This document shows, piece by piece, positions 9,903-19,361 of a stretch of 64,000 nucleotides of DNA. The position numbers and the translations under genes are program-made. Each line of letters begins with the position of its first letter. Position 1 is the stretch's first letter. The stretch is from an uncultured Planctomycetota bacterium (GTDB lineage: Bacteria > Planctomycetota > Planctomycetia > Gemmatales > Gemmataceae), in NCBI GenBank assembly GCA_963849325.1, contig CAWKHF010000010.1, positions 320,001 through 384,000 of the forward strand, read 5' to 3'. The notes under the pieces were generated by a model. The model saw nothing but the letters and a program-made list of their open reading frames with translations. It was not told the DNA's origin and ran no database searches.

Positions 9903-11525
9903 ATGTCGTCACCACCCCTCAGTCCTGGCGCCCGCCTTGGCAAATACAAGGTGCTGGCGCACGTCGCCACCGGCGGCATGGGCACGGTCTATAAAGCGTC
10001 CGACGAGGAGTTGGGCCGGGTGGTGGCCTTGAAAGTCCTCGATGCCAGCATGGCCGACAACCCCAACGCGCTGGAGCGCTTCCGCCGCGAGGCCCGTCAC
10101 GCGGCTCGGCTGACTCACAAAAACATCGTCACCCTGCACGAGTACGCTCAGGTCAACGGCGTTCATTTCCTCGTCCTGGAATACGTCGAGGGCATTGACC
10201 TTTATGACTATATCGAACGCAAGGGTCGGCTGGCGCCGGAGGAATCGCGGCGCATTCTCGTTCAGGCGGTCAAGGCGCTGGACCACGCTTATCAGCAGGG
10301 CATCACGCACCGCGACATCAAACCGTCCAACTTTCTGCTGACGCGCGACCGCGACCGCATGCGCGTCAAGCTGACGGACATGGGCCTGGCCCGCAAGGCC
10401 GACGAGGAGGAGTATCGCGTCACCCGCGCCGGCAGTACGGTCGGCACCGTCGATTATCTGTCGCCGGAGCAAGCGCGCAACAGCGCCGACGCCGACATTC
10501 GCAGCGACATCTACTCGCTCGGCTGCACGCTCTACCACATGCTGTCCGGCCAACCGCCGTTTTCGGAAGGCGGACTCGGCGAGCGCATCCTCAAGCACTT
10601 GCAGGAAGAGCCGCCCGACGTTCGCCAGTTCAACCCGCAAGTGTCCGACGAACTGTGGGCGCTGATGAAACGCATGTTGGCGAAAGAGCCGGCCGAGCGC
10701 TATCAGACGCCGACGGAACTGCTCGACGCCCTCAAGGCACTGCCGCCGCAGGCGTCGGACGGCGCGCCCATCCGCTTGCCGCGTGCGACGCCTCCGCGAA
10801 CGCCGCCGCCCTCGCCGGTGGAGAAAAGCAGCGACCCCTCCTCGTCCGCGGTACTGCCGGAGTCGCCGCCGGAGTTGAAGGAAACCGCCACGCGGCCGCG
10901 CGCCCGTCACATCGAGGACGATCCCACGTTGTTGGGCCTGTCCGCCGATCACGTCCAGGCTGCCGCCCGCCAGTACGAGCGGGCCGAGGCCGCCCGCCTC
11001 AACGGCAACGCCGATTATGCCGTGCAGCTGCTGCTGGCCTGCACCAAGTTCGATCCGGTCAGCATCGTCTATCGACAGGCGCTCCGCGATGTTCGGCAAG
11101 CGGCCGGCGCCGGTCGCGGGCTGGGAGGCTGGCTGGCCTCGCTGAGTACGCTGACGACCCGCGCCCGCCTCAACGCCGCCAAGCGCGTCGGTCAGTATCG
11201 CAAGGTGCTCGAGGACGGCGAGGCGGTGCTGGTGCGGCACCCCGGCGACCTCAAAACGCAGATGGCCATGTCCGAGGCCGCCGAGAAGTTGGGACTGGTC
11301 CATCTCGCGTCGTGGATGCTGGAGGAAATCCGCCGCCAGCATCCCAATCACCTCCCCGCCCACCGCGCCCTGGCCAACATTTACGAGAAGGGGCAGCAGT
11401 ACAGTGACGCCATCGCCGCGTGGGAGCTGGTGCGCAAAATCTCCCCTCACGACGGTGAGGCGCTCCGCAAGATCCAGGATCTCGCCGCCAACGATACGAT
11501 TGCGCGAGGCAATTACCGCCGTTAG
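9903..11525 (+). CDS. Hanks-type Ser/Thr protein kinase with Pro-rich linker and C-terminal TPR-like domain
   Basis: GGMGTVY, VALK, HRDIKPSN, DMG, GTVDYLSPE, DIYSLG. Confidence 0.92.
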   Translation: MSSPPLSPGARLGKYKVLAHVATGGMGTVYKASDEELGRVVALKVLDASMADNPNALERFRREARHAARLTHKNIVTLHEYAQVNGVHFLVLEYVEGIDLYDYIERKGRLAPEESRRILVQAVKALDHAYQQGITHRDIKPSNFLLTRDRDRMRVKLTDMGLARKADEEEYRVTRAGSTVGTVDYLSPEQARNSADADIRSDIYSLGCTLYHMLSGQPPFSEGGLGERILKHLQEEPPDVRQFNPQVSDELWALMKRMLAKEPAERYQTPTELLDALKALPPQASDGAPIRLPRATPPRTPPPSPVEKSSDPSSSAVLPESPPELKETATRPRARHIEDDPTLLGLSADHVQAAARQYERAEAARLNGNADYAVQLLLACTKFDPVSIVYRQALRDVRQAAGAGRGLGGWLASLSTLTTRARLNAAKRVGQYRKVLEDGEAVLVRHPGDLKTQMAMSEAAEKLGLVHLASWMLEEIRRQHPNHLPAHRALANIYEKGQQYSDAIAAWELVRKISPHDGEALRKIQDLAANDTIARGNYRR

Positions 11526-11534
11526 CACTCCGAA

Positions 11535-12470
11535 ATGAGAACTACTCTCGTCCGACCTCTCTTCGATGGCCCCATCGACATCGTGGGCGACGTCCACGGC
11601 GAAATCGACGCCCTCGCCCTTCTGCTGCGACGCCTGGGCTACGACGAGAGCGGAGTTCATCCCGAGGGGCGAAGGTTGGTCTTCGTGGGCGATCTGGTGG
11701 ACCGCGGGCCGGACAGTCCCGCGGTGGCCGAGCAGGTCCGCCGATTGGTCGAGGACAAACGGGCGCAATGCGTGCTCGGCAACCATGAGCTGAACATTCT
11801 TCTCGGTCGCCGCAAGCCCGATAACATCTGGTTCTTTCATCATGAACTGCGGGCCGGACACCCGGCGGCGAACAGACCGCAGGTACACGCGGACGATCAA
11901 ACGCGCGAATCCATGATGCGTTTTTTCGCCAGCCTACCGCTGGCGCTGGAACGAGCGGACGTGCGCGTCGTCCATGCTTGCTGGGATGCGGCGATGATCG
12001 CTTTGGCGCGGCAGTCCGAGCGGGCCGTCGAACTGCACCACGAGTATCGCGCCCGGATCGAGGCCGACCTCCAGCGCCGAGTAGTGATCGACCCCGTTGC
12101 CATCAAGCTGGCCCGGCAGAATGACAACCCCGTCAAACTCCTGACGTCGGGTCCGGAGACGCGGACCGAGAAACCGTTCGAGGCGATGGGCCAGTTGCGT
12201 CAGGAGCGCCGCGTGGCGTGGTGGCGCGAGTACGCCGGCCCGTTGTGCGTCTTCGGCCACTACTGGCGCATCATGCTGCCGGAAGAAGAGGATGCCGAGC
12301 ACCTGTTCGATGGCATCTCCCGCAATGCGACGCTCGGTCGCGGCGACGCGATGTGTGTCGATTACTCGGTGGGTAAGCGCTTCATGGAACGCGCAAGGGC
12401 GGGGTTCGATGGCGTGTTTCAGACGCGGCTGGCGGCATTGCGGTTGCCGGAGCGCGTGCTGATCGTCTAG
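11535..12470 (+). CDS. Calcineurin-like metallophosphoesterase (PPP/ApaH-like)
   Basis: GDVHG, GDLVDRGPDS, GNHE, FGHYW. Confidence 0.9.
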   Translation: MRTTLVRPLFDGPIDIVGDVHGEIDALALLLRRLGYDESGVHPEGRRLVFVGDLVDRGPDSPAVAEQVRRLVEDKRAQCVLGNHELNILLGRRKPDNIWFFHHELRAGHPAANRPQVHADDQTRESMMRFFASLPLALERADVRVVHACWDAAMIALARQSERAVELHHEYRARIEADLQRRVVIDPVAIKLARQNDNPVKLLTSGPETRTEKPFEAMGQLRQERRVAWWREYAGPLCVFGHYWRIMLPEEEDAEHLFDGISRNATLGRGDAMCVDYSVGKRFMERARAGFDGVFQTRLAALRLPERVLIV

Positions 12471-12693
12471 GGTGGCGAGCAACTGCCGCTCATCGAAGGA
12501 TGACTCCTCTCGAATCGGCTCCGATCAACTGCACTCAGATCGTCCTTTTTAGATTTCTGAACTACCAGCTGGATTCCGCCTTCGGGAAACAGCATTACTG
12601 GTGCGATCGGGAGCCTCTTTTCTATGACTGGACCGAGTAATACTTTTACTACCGAAAAAGTTATCTAGCATCTCTTCCTCGTGGATGCCTGCG

Positions 12694-13074
12694 TTACGCA
12701 GGGGGCGTCTCTGGCGGTGGCGGAGGAGTTATGGCATTGATCTTGTCGAGGATTTGAAGCATTTGACGGTCAGGCACCATCCCTCCGTAACTTTGTATTT
12801 TCGACACGGGACTGGTGAAAACCCAGGTGCAAATCGCCACGGACGGCTTGTTCAGTCGGGTTCCCGTTTGCCCTTGCGCATGCCAGGGCAACGCCACTTG
12901 CATCTCAGCGGGCGCGGCATTCATGCTGCCCGTGATGGCGACGAGGACCACATTACCGTCAGGCCGAATCTCCTCGGTCGGCGTGACGATAACGGCCGGT
13001 CGGCACTTCGGGTTGCGATTCTGGGGGTCAAGGACTTCCACCCGGACGATCCGACCACGGCACAAGTGGGGCAC
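12694..13074 (-). CDS. PemK/MazF-like toxin
   Basis: RGRIV..DPQNRNPKCRPAVIVT, LVAIT, TRLNKPSVAICTW. Confidence 0.75.
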   Translation of the reverse strand: MPHLCRGRIVRVEVLDPQNRNPKCRPAVIVTPTEEIRPDGNVVLVAITGSMNAAPAEMQVALPWHAQGQTGTRLNKPSVAICTWVFTSPVSKIQSYGGMVPDRQMLQILDKINAITPPPPPETPPA

Positions 13075-13083
13075 AGGTGCCTC

Positions 13084-13599
13084 CTACTCCGGGAATAGTC
13101 GCTCTTCTTCACCCTGATACCATTCGGCGGGAGGTGGGTGCGTCGAAGCGATCTGTTCGAGCCGCGATTGCGAGAGCGGATAGCATTCGACCGCCAACTT
13201 CTCCAAGTCGTCCGCGCTTTGCCAGCGGTCGAACACACGGGTTTTTAACCGTTCCATGTCCTCGATTTCCGGCGCAAGAACATCCGGGTCCGGGAGGTCC
13301 GGCCGGTCGAGCGCGGAGAGCCAGGCGGCCAGGGCGCGGGTGTGCTTGAGTTGGCTAAGCCGCGTCTCCCAAGCACTCAGCAATCTCGGACGGGCCGCTT
13401 GCACCTCGGCCGTTTGTCCCTTGGCGACGTCCAGGATGATGCGTCGCCAGGCATTCTCGAACGCGCGAGCCGACCCTTTCATGCCCTCCACGGCCCCGCC
13501 TACCTCGCGGACCATGACACGCATGAGATCCTCAATGTTTTCGAGGCTCCCCACGACGGGAGAGGCGGCCTCCAGTTCCGGCAAGAGGTCTTCAGGCAT
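13084..13599 (-). CDS. Hypothetical helical protein, putative antitoxin
   Basis: 171 aa ending 9 nt before the toxin start; GGAGG RBS; acidic tail HPPPAEWYQGEEERLF. Confidence 0.55.
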   Translation of the reverse strand: MPEDLLPELEAASPVVGSLENIEDLMRVMVREVGGAVEGMKGSARAFENAWRRIILDVAKGQTAEVQAARPRLLSAWETRLSQLKHTRALAAWLSALDRPDLPDPDVLAPEIEDMERLKTRVFDRWQSADDLEKLAVECYPLSQSRLEQIASTHPPPAEWYQGEEERLFPE

Positions 13600-13749
13600 T
13601 CTTATGCCTCCTTCGCCCACAATACCCGCTGCTCTACCACCAGGTTTTCTGCACGCTACCTTACCATCCTATCCGATTGCAAGCCATGCCGTGCTTCGGC
13701 GTCTCCATCCAGGGAAACGGTTCCCTTAATAAGACTCCGACAATACCTC

Positions 13750-13770
13750 TCCCTTACGGTCGCGACTCGG
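13750..13770. repeat. Single arm of the 9668-type REP
   Basis: tcccttacggtcgcgactcgg nearly identical to 9736-9756. Confidence 0.7.
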
Positions 13771-13808
13771 ACAGCATCAGCCCTCAGCGCCGAAGATAAA
13801 TCCATAGG

Positions 13809-14780
13809 ATGAATCCGACTCTGCCCATCCGACGCTGTTGGGAGCGAGCCGTGCATCTTCCTCTTTGGTCTTGTCATGTCCTCATGGCCATCGGTGCCGC
13901 CGCGCTCGCGGCCGTCCCGCTCCCCGATGGCCACGCCATCATCCGCGGCAAGGCGGGCGGCTCGGAAATCCTCATCACCACAACAAATCGCGTGGCTGGC
14001 GCCATCCATTCGCTGACGTGGAACGGCAAGGAGTTCCTCGACAGCACCGACCACGGCCGGCAGCTGCAATCGGCGTCGAACCTCGACTGCGGCAAGCCCA
14101 TCCGCGCCGAGACGTACAACCCCACCGAGGCCGGCTCGCGCGCCGACGGCGCCGGCGAGCGATCATCCAGCAAGCTACTGCAGCTTCGTGCCGACGGCGC
14201 GGAACTACAAACGACGGTGCGAATGGCGTTCTGGCTGAGGCCCGGCGAGCGCTCCGGTGGTCATCTCGCCCGCAATGACAAGGTTCTGTCCGACCACCTT
14301 CTGACCAAGCGCGTCAACATCGGCCACCAATCGCTACCGCACGCTATCGAGTACGAGGTCACGTTCACCGTCCCGAAGGGCGAAAAGCATACCTATGCGG
14401 TCTTTGAAGCGCTCACTGGCTACATGCCGGCGGAGTTCAGCCGCTTCTGGCGATACGACGCCGCCAGCGGCGAGCTGAAACCGCTGAGCGACGGTCCCGG
14501 CGAACAGCCGTCGCCGGTGGTACTCGCCACGCCGAACGGCTCCCATGCGATGGGCGTGTACTCGCCGGATCAGCCGTCGCGCGGTTTCGAGAAGATTGGC
14601 TACGGGCGTTTTCGCTTCCCGACGGAGAAGGTGGTCAAGTGGAACTGCGTCTTCCGTGTGCGCCAGCCGGAGGGGATCAAGCCCGGCGATTATCGCTACC
14701 GCATGTTCGTGGTCGTGGGTAGTCTGGAGGATGTGCGGACGACGCTGCAAGCGCTGCACCAGGAATTCAAACGTCCCTGA
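13809..14780 (+). CDS. Hypothetical secreted beta-rich protein (start uncertain)
   Basis: Long ORF with typical codon usage and hydrophobic N-terminus; DHGRQLQSA and YNPTEAGS motifs. Confidence 0.7.
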   Translation: MNPTLPIRRCWERAVHLPLWSCHVLMAIGAAALAAVPLPDGHAIIRGKAGGSEILITTTNRVAGAIHSLTWNGKEFLDSTDHGRQLQSASNLDCGKPIRAETYNPTEAGSRADGAGERSSSKLLQLRADGAELQTTVRMAFWLRPGERSGGHLARNDKVLSDHLLTKRVNIGHQSLPHAIEYEVTFTVPKGEKHTYAVFEALTGYMPAEFSRFWRYDAASGELKPLSDGPGEQPSPVVLATPNGSHAMGVYSPDQPSRGFEKIGYGRFRFPTEKVVKWNCVFRVRQPEGIKPGDYRYRMFVVVGSLEDVRTTLQALHQEFKRP

Positions 14781-14812
14781 AATCGCGGCGCATTTCTCGG
14801 AGGCGGAGAGCG

Positions 14813-16414
14813 ATGACCCAAGCGAGTATGTCTCGCCGTGGAGCGGTCAAGCAAATGGCCTGCCTCGCGGCGGCAGGCGCCGTGGGAGGCACCTGTCTGC
14901 ACGGTGGGCCGCCGGGCGGGCGGAATGCGGAGATGTCTGTCACTGTGCGGCTCAATGAAGCGATCGGCACCATCAAGCCGGCGCTGTACAGCCAGTTCGC
15001 CGAGCACATCGGCGGCGTCATTTACGATGGTATCTGGGTCGGTCCCCAATCGAAGATCGCCAACACGGACGGCATCCGTCACGCCCTGGTCGAACACGTC
15101 CGCCGGTTGGGCCGCGTGGTCGTGCGCTGGCCGGGCGGCTGCTTCGCCGACAAGTACCACTGGCGCGACGGCATCGGCCCGCGCGACAAGCGGCCGCGGC
15201 GTTTTGGACGCTGGAAGGAAGTAACGGAGCCGAATCACTTCGGTAGCCATGAATTCATGCGCTTCTGCCGGCTGTGCGGCGTCGAGCCGTACTTCGCGGC
15301 CAACGTCGGCACTGGCTCGGCCGAGGAGTTTCAGCAGTGGGTCGAATACTGCAACGCTCCGGCCGGCGCGACCACCCTGGCCGACGAACGCGCGGCCAAC
15401 GGCGACGACAAGCCGTTCGGCGTCCGTTACTGGGGCGTCGGCAACGAGAGCTGGGGCTGCGGCGGGAAATTCACTCCGGAGGATTACTGTCGGGAATATC
15501 GCAAGTTTACCGAATGGGTGCCCGGCTACCGCGTGCCGCTGTACCTCATCGCCGCCGGACCCGACGGCAACAACCTCGAATGGACGCAGCGTTTCTTCCG
15601 CAAATGGACCGACTTCGCTCGGGCGCCGCTGCACGGCTGGGCGCCGCACTACTACTGCGGCACGACCGGCCACGCCCTGAAGTTTAACGACGATCAGTGG
15701 TACGAGATGCTCGACAAGGCCAACCGGATGGAGAAACTCATCGCGGACCAGTGGGCCGTCCTCGGCGAGTTCGACCGCGAGCACAAGGTCAAGCTGGTCA
15801 TTGACGAGTGGGGCTGCTGGCACCCGGCCGGCACCGAGATCAACCGCGATCACCTGTTCGAGCAGATGGGTTGCCTGCGCGACGCCCTGGTGGCGGCGCT
15901 GACGCTGGACACGTTCAATCGTCACGCCGACAAGGTGGACATGGCCAACATCGCCCAGTTGGTCAACAACCTGCACTCGCTGTTTTTGGCCGACGGCGAT
16001 CGCTTCGTGGCGACGCCGACCTTCCACGTCTTTGAGATGTACAAGGCGCATCACGGAGCGCGAGCGGTGAAGATCGATGTACAGGCGCCGGAGGTGACGT
16101 TCCGCGCCGGTGGGCAGGAGCGGAAACTGTTCCGCGTGGCCGGAGCAGCGTCGGTGCGCGAGAAGGAGATGACGTTGACACTGGTGCATACACACGTCCG
16201 CGAACCGGCCGAGGTTGTCATTCGGCTGCGTAACGGCAAGGCCGACTCCGTGCGGCAGACGATACTGACGCACGAGAAGCTGAACGCCCATAACACATTC
16301 GACAACCCCAACGTGGTAACGCCGAAAACGACGGCGGGGAAGGAATGCGGCGAGGCGGTCAGGTGCGTGCTGCCGCCGGCGTCGGTGACGCGTCTCGACG
16401 TGCGGCTGGGTTGA
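14813..16414 (+). CDS. Alpha-L-arabinofuranosidase, GH51, Tat-exported
   Basis: SRR Tat motif; QFAEH, RWPGGCFAD.YHWRDG, WGVGNE, IDEWG, MANIAQLVN. Confidence 0.92.
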   Translation: MTQASMSRRGAVKQMACLAAAGAVGGTCLHGGPPGGRNAEMSVTVRLNEAIGTIKPALYSQFAEHIGGVIYDGIWVGPQSKIANTDGIRHALVEHVRRLGRVVVRWPGGCFADKYHWRDGIGPRDKRPRRFGRWKEVTEPNHFGSHEFMRFCRLCGVEPYFAANVGTGSAEEFQQWVEYCNAPAGATTLADERAANGDDKPFGVRYWGVGNESWGCGGKFTPEDYCREYRKFTEWVPGYRVPLYLIAAGPDGNNLEWTQRFFRKWTDFARAPLHGWAPHYYCGTTGHALKFNDDQWYEMLDKANRMEKLIADQWAVLGEFDREHKVKLVIDEWGCWHPAGTEINRDHLFEQMGCLRDALVAALTLDTFNRHADKVDMANIAQLVNNLHSLFLADGDRFVATPTFHVFEMYKAHHGARAVKIDVQAPEVTFRAGGQERKLFRVAGAASVREKEMTLTLVHTHVREPAEVVIRLRNGKADSVRQTILTHEKLNAHNTFDNPNVVTPKTTAGKECGEAVRCVLPPASVTRLDVRLG

Positions 16415-16457
16415 CCGCCGCTTACGGTTTCGGGCTGCGCGACTATGGAGGAAGACA

Positions 16458-16676
16458 ATGGCAAGTAATATTCAGTATGAGATTATCCTGTATTGGAGCA
16501 AGACCGACCAGGCATTCCTCGCCGAAGTGCCGGAACTGCCCGGCTGCGCCGCCGATGGCGCAACGTATCAGGAAGCGCTGGCGAACGTCGAACTCATCAT
16601 CCAAGAATGGATGCAGACGGCGCGACAGTTGGGCCGATCCATCCCCGAGCCGCGCGGGAGATTAATATACGCCTGA
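16458..16676 (+). CDS. hicB: HicB-family antitoxin (no hicA nearby)
   Basis: FLAEVPELPGCAADGATYQEAL..IPEP. Confidence 0.85.
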   Translation: MASNIQYEIILYWSKTDQAFLAEVPELPGCAADGATYQEALANVELIIQEWMQTARQLGRSIPEPRGRLIYA

Positions 16677-16687
16677 TCGGCATTTAT

Positions 16688-17377
16688 TTACCTGAGCAGA
16701 ACCGCCAGCGCGAGCGCCGCCGTCTCCACGCGCAGGATACGCGGTCCCAGATCCAGCAAGCGCCAGCCCGCCGTGCGCGCCAACTCGATCTCCTCGTCCG
16801 TAAACCCACCCTCCGGCCCGACCGCCACCACCGTATCGCTCCTCATCGCGTCCTCCAGCTTGCCTTCGCCCCCCGGATGGCCCAGGATACGGCGCTGCGG
16901 CAATTCCGCCGATCGACAAAACGCGGACCACTCGACCATCGGCCGCACTTGCAGCAGCGCGTTACGACCACACTGCTTGCTCGCCTCGATGACGTGACGC
17001 TGCAGCTTGTCCAGCTTCGTCTCGCGCGGATGGACCACGCTGCGGGCGGTCTGCAAGGGGATGAACGACGTGACACCCAGTTCGGTCAGCTTTTCCAGGA
17101 GGAACTGCGCCCGGTCGCCGCGCGGCAACGGCGCGGCGATCTCCAGGCGATAAGGCAGTTCGCGGGCCGGACTCTCGACGGCGAACACGTCCAGCGTCAC
17201 GCTGCGCCGGTCGGCCTCTTCGACGCGGGCGGGGTACTGACGGCCGTCGCCGTTGAACAGGCAGACGGCGTCGCCGCGGCGCACGCGGCAAACCACGGCG
17301 AGGTGATGCGCCTCCGGACCCTGGAGCACCACCGGACCCGGCTTCAGTTCACAATTGACGTAGAATCGCTCGGCCAT
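16688..17377 (-). CDS. rsmE: 16S rRNA (uracil-1498-N3)-methyltransferase
   Basis: EAHHL..R, KLTELGV, EASKQCGR, VGPEGG, LGPRILRVETA. Confidence 0.92.
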   Translation of the reverse strand: MAERFYVNCELKPGPVVLQGPEAHHLAVVCRVRRGDAVCLFNGDGRQYPARVEEADRRSVTLDVFAVESPARELPYRLEIAAPLPRGDRAQFLLEKLTELGVTSFIPLQTARSVVHPRETKLDKLQRHVIEASKQCGRNALLQVRPMVEWSAFCRSAELPQRRILGHPGGEGKLEDAMRSDTVVAVGPEGGFTDEEIELARTAGWRLLDLGPRILRVETAALALAVLLR

Positions 17378-17531
17378 CCTTGCTATGTCTCGCCGCGCCT
17401 GTCCACCGCTTGTCGGTTCGCCCCGTCAGCTTACCAAGCTGACTCCGGATGGGACAATCGAAAACGAGGATGCCCCGAATGGGAATCGCCGCATCCTTTC
17501 GCGTGGATCTCTCGGGGGAAAGGGACGCGCC

Positions 17532-18461
17532 ATGTCTACTTCCGTCTCGATGCGCTCGCCGGGATCGCTGAACCCGACGCGCCAACAGCTCGACGAACTC
17601 GACGCCCTGCTCAAGCGCATGCTCGAACTGCCCGTAAATCAGATTGACAACGCGGACGAGGCCGAGGGTGAGGAGGAGGCCGACGAGCCGGCCGCGCCGG
17701 CGGTCGTGCCGATGGAGATGAAGCCGCTCGCGTCGCCCATCTCGTACATGGTTATCGAGACGGCCAGTCCGCGTCCGCTGCCTCCGTCGTCGGGCTTCGA
17801 GCCGCGGCCGTCGCTGCTGACGCCGCGACTGGTGCCGGTGACGCCGCCGCCGGAAAGCCCCGTCGAGGAAGAGGAGCCGGCCGCGTCGGCGGAGGATGCT
17901 CCGCCGACGGAAGATCCGCTGCCGGCGCCGTCCGCCGTGGAGACCGAAACATCGGCGGCGGATTCGCCGTCGTCCGAGGCGGAAGTGTGGGTGCCGCTAC
18001 GCTCGACCTGGCAACCGTCGGCGCAGACCTGGCAGCCACTCGCCGAGAGCTGGCAGCAGGCCCAGGGCGCCGCGCCGGAGTTTGCCGCCCCGGAGAATCC
18101 GCCTCCCGATCCGACGCCGCTCGAAGTCCTTCCGCTGCCCACACTGCCAGACGCAGCGGACCCGATCGAGTCCGTGACGCCGGCCGCGCCCACTGTCGCC
18201 CCTGCGGCGCCGGTGGCTGCTCCCCCGGCCGAGTCGCGCCTTCAACTGTCGGCGGAAGACGCTCCCGTGGCCGTATCGCCTTTTCTGCTGCCGCTGCTGT
18301 GGTTCAACCAGGGCTTCGACGCCTGCCTGTCCCCGCTGGGCGCCCCGGGCCGTTGGTTGTGCGACCGCCGCGGACGCCACGCCCTCGGGACCGTGGGCTT
18401 GCTATCCCTGGCCGCGGCGGCGGCCGTCGCCGTCTGCGCCGGGTTGGGTTGGACCTGGTAG
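17532..18461 (+). CDS. Hypothetical Pro/Glu-rich protein with C-terminal membrane anchor
   Basis: N-terminal TRQQLDELDALLKRML helix, low-complexity middle, hydrophobic C-terminus. Confidence 0.7.
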   Translation: MSTSVSMRSPGSLNPTRQQLDELDALLKRMLELPVNQIDNADEAEGEEEADEPAAPAVVPMEMKPLASPISYMVIETASPRPLPPSSGFEPRPSLLTPRLVPVTPPPESPVEEEEPAASAEDAPPTEDPLPAPSAVETETSAADSPSSEAEVWVPLRSTWQPSAQTWQPLAESWQQAQGAAPEFAAPENPPPDPTPLEVLPLPTLPDAADPIESVTPAAPTVAPAAPVAAPPAESRLQLSAEDAPVAVSPFLLPLLWFNQGFDACLSPLGAPGRWLCDRRGRHALGTVGLLSLAAAAAVAVCAGLGWTW

Positions 18462-18496
18462 GGGGGACTGCTAGAATAACATCGCCTGAGCCTTCG

Positions 18497-18514
18497 CGCG
18501 AAGCCGCAAGCGGC
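18497..18514. repeat. Single arm of GCCGCTTGCGGC REP family
   Basis: cgcgaagccgcaagcggc; exact reverse complement at 59003-59020, similar to 21438-21488. Confidence 0.65.
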
Positions 18515-18539
18515 CCCGCTTGTCCATCGTGAGGAAACC

Positions 18540-19139
18540 ATGTCCAGCGCCGCGCCGTCCGTGAATTCGCCCTCGCCGCCGACGGAGCCGATGACCAATC
18601 CGGTCGCCGCCGTGCTCAGCTACCTCATTCCCGGACTGGGCCAGATCTACCAGGGTCGCATCGCCAAGGGCGTCCTCTTCTTCGTCTGCGTCTATACGCT
18701 GTTCTTCGTCGGTCTCTACCTCGGCAGCGGCACCGTCCACCTACGTAACGAAACGTACACCGTGACCAGCAACGTCTATCTGCCGGACACGGCCGACAAA
18801 AACAATCCGTTCGGTCTGCCTCACCTGGCCGCCAACCTGTACAACCGGCCGCAGTTCGCCGGCCAGTTCTGGGTCGGCATCGCCGCCTGGCCGGCCGTCT
18901 GGCAGTATCTCAACTCGGAAGAACGAGACGAGAAGGGCGACCCGCTGCTGGGCAATTTCGAGCGCACGCCAAGCGAGTCGGCCCTCAACGCTGTCCACAC
19001 CAGCGGCGATAAGCTCCTGGAGCTGGGCTGGGTCTTTACGGTGATTGCCGGCGTGCTCAACGTCATGGTGATCTACGACGCCCTGGCCGGGCCGGCCTTT
19101 CCGCCGGCCGACGACGAACCTGTCCCCGAGGCGGCTTGA
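18540..19139 (+). CDS. DUF6677-like membrane protein
   Basis: AAVLSYLIPGLGQIYQGR..KG and ELGWVFTVIAGVLNVMVIYDA. Confidence 0.7.
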   Translation: MSSAAPSVNSPSPPTEPMTNPVAAVLSYLIPGLGQIYQGRIAKGVLFFVCVYTLFFVGLYLGSGTVHLRNETYTVTSNVYLPDTADKNNPFGLPHLAANLYNRPQFAGQFWVGIAAWPAVWQYLNSEERDEKGDPLLGNFERTPSESALNAVHTSGDKLLELGWVFTVIAGVLNVMVIYDALAGPAFPPADDEPVPEAA

Positions 19140-19140
19140 C

Positions 19141-19341
19141 ATGCACGCACTCCTGCCGGCGCACAACATTTACCTGGTCGATTTGCCCTTGCTGATCGTG
19201 CTCATCAGCCTGGTCTACAGCGCCACGCGTTTCGACCAGTGGGGGCCGATCCTGCGCGAGGCGCTGCGCTGGGGACTGCGTCTGACCGCCTTCCTCGCCG
19301 CCATCTGTGTCGCCCTCTACGTCCTGCATCGGCTGACCTGA
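19141..19341 (+). CDS. Small two-TM membrane protein
   Basis: LIVLISLVYSATRFD; starts 1 nt after the upstream stop. Confidence 0.7.
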   Translation: MHALLPAHNIYLVDLPLLIVLISLVYSATRFDQWGPILREALRWGLRLTAFLAAICVALYVLHRLT

Positions 19342-19361
19342 TCCCGACGCGAGCATGGGCC

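Noticed and set aside
9909-11900. Long antisense or alternative-frame ORFs (also 14696-16291, 30388-31737, 57584-58732)
   Set aside because: Shadow ORFs expected in high-GC DNA opposite genes with clear motifs.
12552-12680. 40-aa minus-strand ORF in an AT-richer patch after the MazF-like gene
   Set aside because: Short, no recognisable motif, atypical codon usage; may be a remnant.
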